From sequence record SRR20825006_2659: a DNA stretch of 47,861 bases, one strand, 5' to 3'. Positions within the stretch are counted from its first letter, which is position 1. Each line of letters begins with the position of its first letter. The position numbers and the translations under genes were made by a program. Shown one piece after another: positions 39,826 through 47,861 of the stretch. The notes under the pieces are model-generated. The model was not told the DNA's origin. It saw only the letters and a program-made list of their open reading frames with translations, and did no database searches.

Positions 39826-40520
39826 TGTCAGCAAAAGAAGTTTTAATATCGGGGAAGAGTTCTTTCAAAATCGAAGTTCCTTATAAATTGATTGAAACAG
39901 GGCCGAAGGGCGAAAAGCCACTTATTGTATATCTTCATGGATACAAGCAGAATATCAAGAAATTTGAGGCGCTAGTTGAAGGAATGATGGAACTGAATGC
40001 GTACCACCTTTTTATTCAAGGGCCGTATCCAATTTATGATGAATCAAGAAAGGTGAGTGTTTCTAAATGGGGAAGATCTTGGTACCTATATGATGGCAAA
40101 CGCGGCCAATTTGCGAAGTCTCTTGAAGTTACTTCTGAATTTATTCAAGAAATAGTCGAAGGATTATTCAATGTAATTAAAGTGAATAAAGTCTGTCTCT
40201 TTGGATATTCGATGGGTGGTTATCAAGCAGGTTATTTTGCGCTTTCAAGATGGAAGCATGTTTCCGAATCTATTATTATTGGAGCACGAATTAAGACAGA
40301 GCTCTTTGAAGATAAACTGGAGTTAGCAAAACACATTAAATTTTTGGCACTTCATGGCAAGGATGACACCGATGTGTACCCCGAACCACAGCAAAAGGAA
40401 ATAGAAAAGTTAAAAGAAGAAGGTTTTGTTGCAGATTTTGTGCAACTTAATGAAGGGCATAAACTAACTAAACCATTTGTAGAAGCGTCTAAAAGCTGGT
40501 TAATAAAGCAAGGTTATTAA
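39825..40520 (+). CDS. Alpha/beta hydrolase (phospholipase/carboxylesterase-like)
   Basis: YLHGY, GYSMGG nucleophile elbow, HGKDD, GH. Confidence 0.85.
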   Translation: MSAKEVLISGKSSFKIEVPYKLIETGPKGEKPLIVYLHGYKQNIKKFEALVEGMMELNAYHLFIQGPYPIYDESRKVSVSKWGRSWYLYDGKRGQFAKSLEVTSEFIQEIVEGLFNVIKVNKVCLFGYSMGGYQAGYFALSRWKHVSESIIIGARIKTELFEDKLELAKHIKFLALHGKDDTDVYPEPQQKEIEKLKEEGFVADFVQLNEGHKLTKPFVEASKSWLIKQGY

Positions 40521-40652
40521 CAGACGAGATTGTATTCATATCTATGTTGCAGTTTCTAATGTTTGTTAATATTTTCTAATTATACTATTGCTTTGCTTAT
40601 CATAAATGCGTACGATTAAGAAAGTGATTGAACTAATAACGAAGATTTAGGT

Positions 40653-41324
40653 ATGAACATACTTGTCGTAGAAGACGATCCCTCAGTAAGGACTTTAGTA
40701 AAGGCGGTACTTGAGCATAATGGCAATCAAGTAAGCACATCAGACACTGCAACAGAAGGTCAAGCTAAAGCAACTGAAAATAATTATGATATGATTATTT
40801 TAGACTTGGGCTTACCCGATGGCGATGGTTATGAGGTTTGCAAAAATTTAAGAGACGAGAATATTACAACTCCTGTACTTATTCTTTCTGGGGAACAAGA
40901 AACAGATGTAAAGGTTAAGTGCCTTAAAGTAGGTGCAGACGATTACCTTACGAAACCTTTTAATACGGAAGAATTAATTGCAAGACTAGAAGCAATTAAA
41001 AGAAGGTCGGAAGCATCGGGTGATCAAATTATTAACTGTGGTGAACTTAAGGTTAATCTTCTCAGAAGAGAGTTCCATGTTAATAATGAAAAGGTTCAGC
41101 TCACCAATAACGAGTTTAATCTTCTTGTGTACTTCTTGAAGAATAGAAATAGAATTATTACCCAAGAAGAACTTGCTGAGAAGGTTTGGGATATTCATTT
41201 CGATACACAAACAAACTATATCAACGTATACATCAGTTATTTACGTAAGAAAATTCGAGAATACACTGAAACTGATTACATTGAAACAGTTCGTAAGAAA
41301 GGATTCACTTTTCGCTGTGAATAA
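40653..41324 (+). CDS. OmpR/PhoB-family response regulator
   Basis: ILVVEDD, ILDLGLPDGDG, GADDYLTKPF, winged helix VYISYLRKKI..IETVRKKGF. Confidence 0.94.
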   Translation: MNILVVEDDPSVRTLVKAVLEHNGNQVSTSDTATEGQAKATENNYDMIILDLGLPDGDGYEVCKNLRDENITTPVLILSGEQETDVKVKCLKVGADDYLTKPFNTEELIARLEAIKRRSEASGDQIINCGELKVNLLRREFHVNNEKVQLTNNEFNLLVYFLKNRNRIITQEELAEKVWDIHFDTQTNYINVYISYLRKKIREYTETDYIETVRKKGFTFRCE

Positions 41325-41349
41325 TCATTTTTGAAATAGATTAATTTAT

Positions 41350-41373
41350 GGGCTGCTACGTGCAGCCCTTTTT
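41350..41373 (+). terminator. Rho-independent terminator after the response regulator
   Basis: GGGCTGC-TACGT-GCAGCCC followed by TTTTT. Confidence 0.8.
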
Positions 41374-41378
41374 GTTTT

Positions 41379-42074
41379 ATGGAATACGGTTTAAAATTAG
41401 AAGTAATAGACTACCTAAAAGGGTTTATTAAAGAGGGTAGATGGGAAACCATTAACGAAGTTTTAGATAAACGTACTGAGCATGTTACAGTAGTTCTCGA
41501 AAATATCTACCAACCACATAATGCTAGTGCTGTACTTCGAAGTTGTGATGGCTTTGGCATTAAAGACGTTCATGTAATTGAAAATACCTGCGAGTTTGAT
41601 CCTCATATTCAAATTACTCTCGGAGCTGACCAATGGCTCGATATTATTCGATATAACACTCCAGGCATTGATAATACCGTAACCTGCTTAGAGAACTTAA
41701 AAGCCAAAGGCTATCAGATTATAGCCACAACGCCCCACGAGAAAGAAGCTAACCTGAATGACCTAGATATTACGAAACCAACGGCTTTAGTTTTTGGTAA
41801 CGAATTGGATGGGTTTAGCAAAACGGTGTTAGAGCACGCGGACGGTTTTGTTAAAATACCCATGTATGGTTTTACGGAAAGTTTCAACATCTCGGTAAGT
41901 GCCGCAATTTGTATGTATGACTTAACCACAAGGATGAAGAAAGAAAACTCCAACATTGCTTGGCAATTATCCGAAGAAAGAAGAAATGAACTTCTTTATA
42001 CGTGGCTAAGAAGCTCAATCAAAGCTGGAGAACAACTCGCTGATAAGTACTTGAGAGAAAGAGAGACTACCTAG
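41379..42074 (+). CDS. trmH: tRNA (guanosine(18)-2'-O)-methyltransferase, TrmH/SpoU family
   Basis: VVLENIYQPHNASAVLRSCD, ALVFGNELDG, IPMYGFTESFNISVSAA. Confidence 0.85.
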   Translation: MEYGLKLEVIDYLKGFIKEGRWETINEVLDKRTEHVTVVLENIYQPHNASAVLRSCDGFGIKDVHVIENTCEFDPHIQITLGADQWLDIIRYNTPGIDNTVTCLENLKAKGYQIIATTPHEKEANLNDLDITKPTALVFGNELDGFSKTVLEHADGFVKIPMYGFTESFNISVSAAICMYDLTTRMKKENSNIAWQLSEERRNELLYTWLRSSIKAGEQLADKYLRERETT

Positions 42075-43452
42075 GTAGTCTCATTTCCATATCTGCAACG
42101 CCATACGCAAACGTAGCCATCGTTGCTACACATTGATTAAACTCTTCAATATCTAGTTTGTCGATAGTATCTGCATCGGTGTGATGAAACCAAAAGTATT
42201 TCTCGCCTTCAACAATAAGTCCCATACCAGGAACACCATCTTTCATCAATGGTGCAATATCCGCTCCGCCGCCGCCTTTTCTAACTTCACCAGATTCAAT
42301 AGGCTCTAAAATGGTTCCGATTTCCTTTAGCATTTCGTAAGCAACATCGCTTCCGGTAAAGCCAAAACCAATTGGATCAAAAACTCCACCGTCTGATTCA
42401 ATTGCAAGAACATGGTTATCTAGAGACTTTTCATTTTCTTTTACCCATCGGTGATATTCTAAGCCACCTTTTGAGCCATTTTCTTCGTTCGTCCATAAAA
42501 CCACTCTGATGGTACGTTTTGGTCGGACGCCAGTTTCTTTAATCAAACGCAAAGCTTCCCAAGCTGCCACACATCCGCCACCATCATCCATTGCGCCTTG
42601 TCCAACATCCCAAGAGTCGATATGACCACCCATTACAATAATCTCGTCTGGAAATTCACTTCCCGTTATTTCTGCAATTACGTTTCTTGAATCTGCATCT
42701 GGAAGAGTTTCGGCTTCCATGTTTAACTGAACAACTACTTTATCTCCCTTGTCAATCATACGCTGAATCATATGTGCATCTTCTACGGTAATGGCCGCAT
42801 GTGGAATTTTCTTTGTGCCTTCCTGATAATACATTGTACCAGTATGAGGCGTTTGTATTGAGTACGAAGCTATAGAAGAGATTATACTCGCTACAGCGCC
42901 ATGTTTTGAAGCTTCAATAGCACCATTCACGCGGTAAGAAACGGTTCTGCCATAGCTGGTAAACTCCACATTGAAGAGTACAATTTTACCTTTGGCTTCA
43001 GCACTTCGTTCATTCAATTCATCGAAGCTATTTACCACCATCACCTCCGCTTTAATTCCTTCCTTAGGCGTTCCGATACTTCCGCCTAGTCCTAGCATAG
43101 GTAAATCCTTTTCGCGCGGTAAAATTAGTGTAGCAGACTCGTTACCACGAACCCAATGAGGAACTTTAACCGGTTGAGTCCATACTTTATCGAAACCGTC
43201 AGATTTCATCTTTTCAGCAATCCAATCTATGGCATCTTCCAGACCTTGGGATCCACTTAAGCGAGAACCAAAAGTATCTACCAAATCTGTGAGGCGATTA
43301 AAGCCTTTATCACTTTCGATAGACGAGTTTATTAAATTTTTAGCGGTCTCAACTTGAGCTTTTGTAAGCACAGACTTTGGCTGTGCGAATAATGGGCTAG
43401 CTACAAAAAGTAAAAGGAGAAGGAGAAGAGGGAGGGATGTTCTTTGCATCAT
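42067..43452 (-). CDS. M28 family peptidase, carboxypeptidase Q-like, secreted
   Basis: Signal peptide LFA|Q; FGSRLSGS, HWVRG, TPHTG, GHIDSWDVGQGAMDDGGG, NEENG, HHTDADT. Confidence 0.92.
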   Translation of the reverse strand: MMQRTSLPLLLLLLLFVASPLFAQPKSVLTKAQVETAKNLINSSIESDKGFNRLTDLVDTFGSRLSGSQGLEDAIDWIAEKMKSDGFDKVWTQPVKVPHWVRGNESATLILPREKDLPMLGLGGSIGTPKEGIKAEVMVVNSFDELNERSAEAKGKIVLFNVEFTSYGRTVSYRVNGAIEASKHGAVASIISSIASYSIQTPHTGTMYYQEGTKKIPHAAITVEDAHMIQRMIDKGDKVVVQLNMEAETLPDADSRNVIAEITGSEFPDEIIVMGGHIDSWDVGQGAMDDGGGCVAAWEALRLIKETGVRPKRTIRVVLWTNEENGSKGGLEYHRWVKENEKSLDNHVLAIESDGGVFDPIGFGFTGSDVAYEMLKEIGTILEPIESGEVRKGGGGADIAPLMKDGVPGMGLIVEGEKYFWFHHTDADTIDKLDIEEFNQCVATMATFAYGVADMEMRLPR

Positions 43453-43548
43453 TATCAATTTGGTGAATTAATTAATGAGCAAATAAAGGAAAAAGCTAGA
43501 CTAATTCCTTTTTTTTGTGAAATAAGTTATTAAAAAGTGTTTGGATGC

Positions 43549-44523
43549 TTAATCCATTGACTTCGTGTTCTTTTCAGCAATCTCTTGATACATTTTGAAT
43601 TCCTCAGGAGAGATATCAGCAAAGAGGTAGTTGATTGGATCAACTGTTTTTCCATTCAAGTGAATCTCGTAATGAAGGTGAGGACCCTCGGTTAAGCCAG
43701 AGTTACCTGAAAAAGCAATGAGTTCACCACGATTAAGCTTAACACCTTTTTTAACATTCTTAGGATAAGAAGAAAGGTGAGCGTAAAGAGTTTCGTATCC
43801 ATAACCGTGATCGATGATAATAACACGACCAAGATTTCCACGGAGACCAGTGAATTTAACAACTCCATCTGCAGTAGAATAAACAGGAGTTCCAATATCT
43901 GCACGGAAATCAGTTCCGTTGTGCATTCTCTTGTACATCAAAATAGGGTGGTCTCTCATTCCAAAACCACTAATGATAGTGCCGCCTGCAGGCTTAATAG
44001 CTGGTAAATGCTTAAGCACGTCACGATTTGTGTTGTAAGCACTTTTAAGCTCTTCGAAACTTAATTTCTGAATGCTGATTCGGCGCTCTAAATTATCCAC
44101 TTTTTCGGCCGTCCATTTTAGTAAATCTGCAGTAGACTCGCTGTATGAATCGAACTTCGAGTAAGCATCAGAGCCACCCACGCCCGCCTCGCGTTCATCT
44201 TTTGAAATTTCTTCCATACCTAAAACAGATCTGTAAAGCTCGTTATCGGTAGTGGCAATCAATCTAAGCTGCTCGTCTAATGTATTAATAGAGTTCTTTG
44301 TAGACTCTAGCTGCTCAAAGAGCACTTCGTTTTCTGCTTGAAGTTTAAGCTCGGCTGGAGTAGCCGCATAATTAGAAAGGAAAATGATACCCAAACTAGC
44401 AAGTACAACGCCAGTTAAAATCCAGATAGACAAATTGTATACAATCTGCTCAGAGCGGCTGTATTCGATGGGTAAAAATTCACAAGAATCTTCGTCGTAA
44501 TAATAATGGTTTTTCAACGGCAT
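43549..44523 (-). CDS. M23 family metallopeptidase
   Basis: N-terminal TM and coiled coil; HNGTD (HxxxD), YAHLS, GPHLHYE. Confidence 0.93.
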   Translation of the reverse strand: MPLKNHYYYDEDSCEFLPIEYSRSEQIVYNLSIWILTGVVLASLGIIFLSNYAATPAELKLQAENEVLFEQLESTKNSINTLDEQLRLIATTDNELYRSVLGMEEISKDEREAGVGGSDAYSKFDSYSESTADLLKWTAEKVDNLERRISIQKLSFEELKSAYNTNRDVLKHLPAIKPAGGTIISGFGMRDHPILMYKRMHNGTDFRADIGTPVYSTADGVVKFTGLRGNLGRVIIIDHGYGYETLYAHLSSYPKNVKKGVKLNRGELIAFSGNSGLTEGPHLHYEIHLNGKTVDPINYLFADISPEEFKMYQEIAEKNTKSMD

Positions 44524-44600
44524 AGATTATTTAATTCCCGAAAAGTTATAAATTACCAACACTAGACGTATGATACAAAGAGTAGTTACATATTCTAATG

Positions 44601-45632
44601 TTACTCAAAGTCGCCTTCGAAATATTCAATAGCGCGCTTCATAACTTCTTCAGATCCGGGGGTCTTATTTGCAATACTTTCCTTAATTCGCTTTTGAAAT
44701 GCCTCTGCAGGGTCATATCCGTAATGTTTTAGCAAATAATTCATCGCAATTACTTCGGCAATTACCGTAATGTTTTTACCAGGCGTTATAGGGAGTTGAA
44801 TAAGAGGAATGTCTAAATCTAAGATGCTTACAGAATCATGGTTAAGTCCTGTGCGCTCAACATCGTGCGTTTCGTCCCACAATGTTAACTCCAAAACCAC
44901 TTCTAATCGTTTTTGATAGCGGATAGACCGAATACCAAACATCGACATTACGTCGATAATGCCTAATCCTCGAATTTCCATAAAGTGTTTACTTATCTCT
45001 GTAGCGGAACTCATGAGTATATGATTTTTTTTGGTAAGCATCACAACATCATCTGCCACAAGGCGATGGCCTCTTTCTATAAGGTCTAGTGCCACCTCGC
45101 TTTTTCCAATTCCAGACTTCCCCGTAACCAGAATTCCAATTCCATACACATCTACCATTGCACCGTGAACCATGGTTTGTAAAGCAAATTGATCTTCCAA
45201 AAAATCCCGAAGTAGAAACATAAATCGGGTGGTTTCTTTGGAAACATAATAGACGGGGATTTTGGCCTCTTGTAACATCTCAATGATGTAATCGGGCAGG
45301 GTGTTGCCATCCGTTAGAAAGATAACAGGAATATCAAACTGAGTGAGATTTGAGAAAGCCTCAATTTTTTTCTTTTTTGATAAACGCTCCAAGAATTGGG
45401 ACTCCGTGTTCCCAATTACTTGAATACGTTGAAATGTAAATAGCTCTATATAGCCAGCGAGAGCCATTCCAGGGCGATGCAATTCAATTTCCCGAACAAA
45501 ACGATAATCGCTACAATCACCTTTTAAACAAGAAACGATGTCAAGGTTAACACGTTCTTGCAATCGTTTAACCAAATAGCTTACGCTTATTTCGTTTTTA
45601 CGTGGAATAGGCTCACTGGCTGAAAAGGGCAT
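44601..45632 (-). CDS. hprK: HPr(Ser) kinase/phosphatase
   Basis: HRPGMALAG, HGAMVDVYGIG, GKSGIGKSE, RGHRLVADD, MEIRGLGII, PGKN. Confidence 0.95.
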   Translation of the reverse strand: MPFSASEPIPRKNEISVSYLVKRLQERVNLDIVSCLKGDCSDYRFVREIELHRPGMALAGYIELFTFQRIQVIGNTESQFLERLSKKKKIEAFSNLTQFDIPVIFLTDGNTLPDYIIEMLQEAKIPVYYVSKETTRFMFLLRDFLEDQFALQTMVHGAMVDVYGIGILVTGKSGIGKSEVALDLIERGHRLVADDVVMLTKKNHILMSSATEISKHFMEIRGLGIIDVMSMFGIRSIRYQKRLEVVLELTLWDETHDVERTGLNHDSVSILDLDIPLIQLPITPGKNITVIAEVIAMNYLLKHYGYDPAEAFQKRIKESIANKTPGSEEVMKRAIEYFEGDFE

Positions 45633-45643
45633 AAATTAATTGA

Positions 45644-45943
45644 TTAGGATGTAGCGTATAGTTTCTCTTTGTACCTTTTTAGTTGCCTACTGGCAATATC
45701 AACGGCGTTACCCATCGCTTTTTCGTATGATTCGGCTGATTCAGATACAGTAATAATTTTTTTTGGCACTTTAATAATAAGGTCCACTTTTTGTGGGGCT
45801 TTATCGCTTGGTGTAGGCTCTAAGATGATGTCGCATGAGACAATGCGATCGTAAAATAAGGTTAGTTTATCAACGCTATCGGTACAAAAATCTTTTAGGT
45901 TTTGGCTGGCTTCAAAATGGCGAGCAGTTAGTGAAATGTTCAT
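45644..45943 (-). CDS. hpf: Ribosome hibernation promoting factor (HPF/RaiA)
   Basis: MNISLTARHFEAS...RQLKRYKEK; ATG at 45943 preceded by AGGAGA. Confidence 0.9.
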   Translation of the reverse strand: MNISLTARHFEASQNLKDFCTDSVDKLTLFYDRIVSCDIILEPTPSDKAPQKVDLIIKVPKKIITVSESAESYEKAMGNAVDIASRQLKRYKEKLYATS

Positions 45944-45962
45944 AAGTCTCCTATAAAATAAT

Positions 45963-46880
45963 TTAAGTTTTCGCTCTTGGATGCGCTTGTTCGTACACAT
46001 TTTTTAATCGCTCAACGCTTGTATGTGTATATATCTGAGTAGCCGCAAGGCTCGCATGTCCCAGAAAATCTTTTATTATTCGTATGTCGGCCCCGTTATT
46101 AAGCATATGCGTTGCAAAACTATGCCTTAGAACGTGAGGGCTTTTTTGTGTTACCTCGCTGGTTTTAGTTAGATATTTTTCGACTATACGCTGTGCTGCG
46201 CGTTGATACATCCGTTGGCCACTTGCCGCTATAAATGCAGCTCTCCGTGCGTCTGTACTTGTGCGGGCTCCGTATAGTTTTGGTTTTTCTGATAGATGAT
46301 TTTTCAATGCATGTACTGCGTCTTTCCCTAATGGAACAATTCGCTGTTTATTGCCTTTCCCAAGTACAATAACCTGATTTTGACGAAAATTAATATGTTC
46401 AGCATCTAAGTTAACGAGTTCACTTAAGCGAATGCCTGTAGCGTAGAAAAGTTCCAAAATTGCTAAATCTTGTTTCCCCGTAGCCGATTCGGTGTTTACG
46501 GATTCCATCAACCTTCCTATATCTTCGGAAGTCACCGTTTTGGGCAATACTTTGTCTTTCTTTGGAACCACCAACAAATGAGCCGGATTCTTAAGGATGT
46601 AACCTCTTTTAAAAGCGTACTTAAAAAAGGAACGAAGGGAAGCTACTTTCCTAGCGATAGTGCTTTTGGCCAAATCTCTGCCAGAAAGCTCGCCCAACCA
46701 AAGGCGGATGTTAATGCGTGTGATACTTTCGATGGCTACGTTGTCAGTCTCAACCTCTTGCTGCAAAGCACAGTAATCGAGAAAGCTATTCAAATCGGTT
46801 TTATAGCTAATAATGGTGTGTTCAGAGAAGTTTTTCTCCACACTTAAGTACCTAAGATATTTTTCAATCACTGCTTTCAT
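45963..46880 (-). CDS. xerC: Tyrosine recombinase XerC
   Basis: SEHTIISY, RKVASLRSFF, LFYATGIRLSEL, GKGNKQR, HVLRHSFATH, LGHASL..TQIYTH; xerC-hpf synteny. Confidence 0.88.
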   Translation of the reverse strand: MKAVIEKYLRYLSVEKNFSEHTIISYKTDLNSFLDYCALQQEVETDNVAIESITRINIRLWLGELSGRDLAKSTIARKVASLRSFFKYAFKRGYILKNPAHLLVVPKKDKVLPKTVTSEDIGRLMESVNTESATGKQDLAILELFYATGIRLSELVNLDAEHINFRQNQVIVLGKGNKQRIVPLGKDAVHALKNHLSEKPKLYGARTSTDARRAAFIAASGQRMYQRAAQRIVEKYLTKTSEVTQKSPHVLRHSFATHMLNNGADIRIIKDFLGHASLAATQIYTHTSVERLKNVYEQAHPRAKT

Positions 46881-47134
46881 CTATTGCTAATATGACTAAC
46901 ACAGCACTAAAATGAAACTATAACTAGAAAATTAGTAAAGTTTATAAAAAGGCTATTAAAACCATAATAAGCTAAGGTTTTGAGGAAGAATCAATTAAAG
47001 CGAATTCCCAAAATTTGTAAATAATACCGATTAGTGCGAACGCTTAAACAGGGGTGAAGTATTGGAATTTAGCCCAATAAATAATTCGGTATATAGGTTG
47101 GTGAATTTAGTACTAAGCCTCTTATCTTTAGAGT

Positions 47135-47794
47135 ATGAAAAAACACCGTGGCAAACCTGTCGTACCCATCACCGATTCTGCAATTGATACCTATGCAGAA
47201 GCTCATACTACACCCGAAAGCGAAGAAATTCTAGCTCTTATCGCTTCTAGCGATGCTGAACTGGAATATATTGACATGCTAAGCGGAAGGCTTGTAGGGG
47301 AATTACTTAAGATTCTCGTTCAGATATCTGGAGCAAAGCGTATTCTGGAGATTGGAACCTTTACGGGTTTTTCTGCAGTGACAATGGCGGAGGCTCTTCC
47401 TGAAGACGGCGAAGTTGTGACCTTAGAGATGAACTTGCGATACCAGAAGTTGGCGCAAAAGCATTTTGATGAATCTTCGGTGGGACATAAAATCACGATG
47501 ATCTGTGGCAACGCCCAACAAACCGTGGATGAGTTAGAAGGGGAATTCGACTTGGTGTATTTAGATGGCGACAAGTTACGCTACTCGTTGTACTACGAAA
47601 AAACCTTGCAACAGCTAAAGCCTAACGGATTGATTGTAGCTGATAATGTACTTTGGGATGGAACAGTATTAAACCCTGAAGACCATAAAGCCCAAGCAAT
47701 TGCAGACTTTAACGAACTTGTTGCCGAAGACCCAAGAGTAGAACAAGTCTTACTCCCAATCCGCGACGGAGTGAATGTAATTAGGAAGCGGTGA
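47135..47794 (+). CDS. O-methyltransferase (caffeoyl-CoA OMT / YrrM-like)
   Basis: LEIGTFTGFSA, FDLVYLDGDK, VADNVLWDG, LPIRDG. Confidence 0.92.
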   Translation: MKKHRGKPVVPITDSAIDTYAEAHTTPESEEILALIASSDAELEYIDMLSGRLVGELLKILVQISGAKRILEIGTFTGFSAVTMAEALPEDGEVVTLEMNLRYQKLAQKHFDESSVGHKITMICGNAQQTVDELEGEFDLVYLDGDKLRYSLYYEKTLQQLKPNGLIVADNVLWDGTVLNPEDHKAQAIADFNELVAEDPRVEQVLLPIRDGVNVIRKR

Positions 47795-47831
47795 GAGGCT
47801 GTAGCTAGAAAGCAGAAGTTTGACACTTAAA

Positions 47832-47861
47832 TCTCGTTCCGTAGCTCTGCTGCGGAATGCC
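47832..47861. repeat. REP-like palindromic element (may continue beyond the window)
   Basis: TCTCGTTCCGTAGC-TCT-GCTGCGGAATGC resembles CTCGTTCC..GC-TCT-GC..GGAATGC REP-type hairpins; 9-bp stem with one G-T. Confidence 0.5.

Noticed and set aside
34829-41324. GAF histidine kinase and OmpR regulator as a cognate pair
   Set aside because: They are about 4.6 kb apart on opposite strands with unrelated genes between; nothing in the sequence links them
45963-46880. Phage or island integrase
   Set aside because: Size, motifs and the xerC-hpf-hprK context indicate chromosomal XerC; no att sites, cargo or dif-like site were recognised
46881-47134. ncRNA in the xerC / O-methyltransferase spacer (ATACCGA..TCGGTAT and TATTGG..CCAATA pairings)
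   Set aside because: The stems are short and expected by chance in AT-rich divergent promoter DNA; no recognisable RNA family

Overview
A 47.9-kb AT-rich bacterial chromosomal segment. Gene content and style suggest the FCB group, most likely Balneolota (Balneola/Gracilimonas-like); this is inferred from the xerC-hpf-hprK block, a GWxTD protein, monomeric IDH and +1-Gln signal peptides. Most of the window is housekeeping: queG, ftsE, pdxA, an MCC-type carboxyltransferase, icd, mutL, dnaB, family-4 UDG, mtaB, korAB, bioB, a Ktr/Trk K+ system, trmH, peptidases, hprK, hpf and xerC. An accessory block lies between icd and mutL (about 12.0-20.9 kb). Its core (14509-18655) is the most interesting element: a MauE/DoxX membrane protein with a CGC motif, a small secreted precursor with a long leader ending IEEAYA and a 46-aa four-cysteine core, a strong hairpin, two secreted GxGPxEF 6-bladed beta-propellers, a cluster-encoded signal peptidase I and a stand-alone AraC DNA-binding domain. 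I read this as a candidate uncharacterised system for maturing and exporting a disulfide-bonded peptide. Secondary points: a bacterial GTDC1/QTMAN-like (DUF3524) glycosyltransferase directly after mutL, a MutL with degenerate endonuclease motifs, a KtrB/TrkH with an extra N-terminal membrane domain, a structured icd leader, DnaA-box-like sites upstream of dnaB and two REP-like elements. No rRNA, tRNA, CRISPR array or transposase was seen. All family calls come from motif recognition by eye; no database searches were run.
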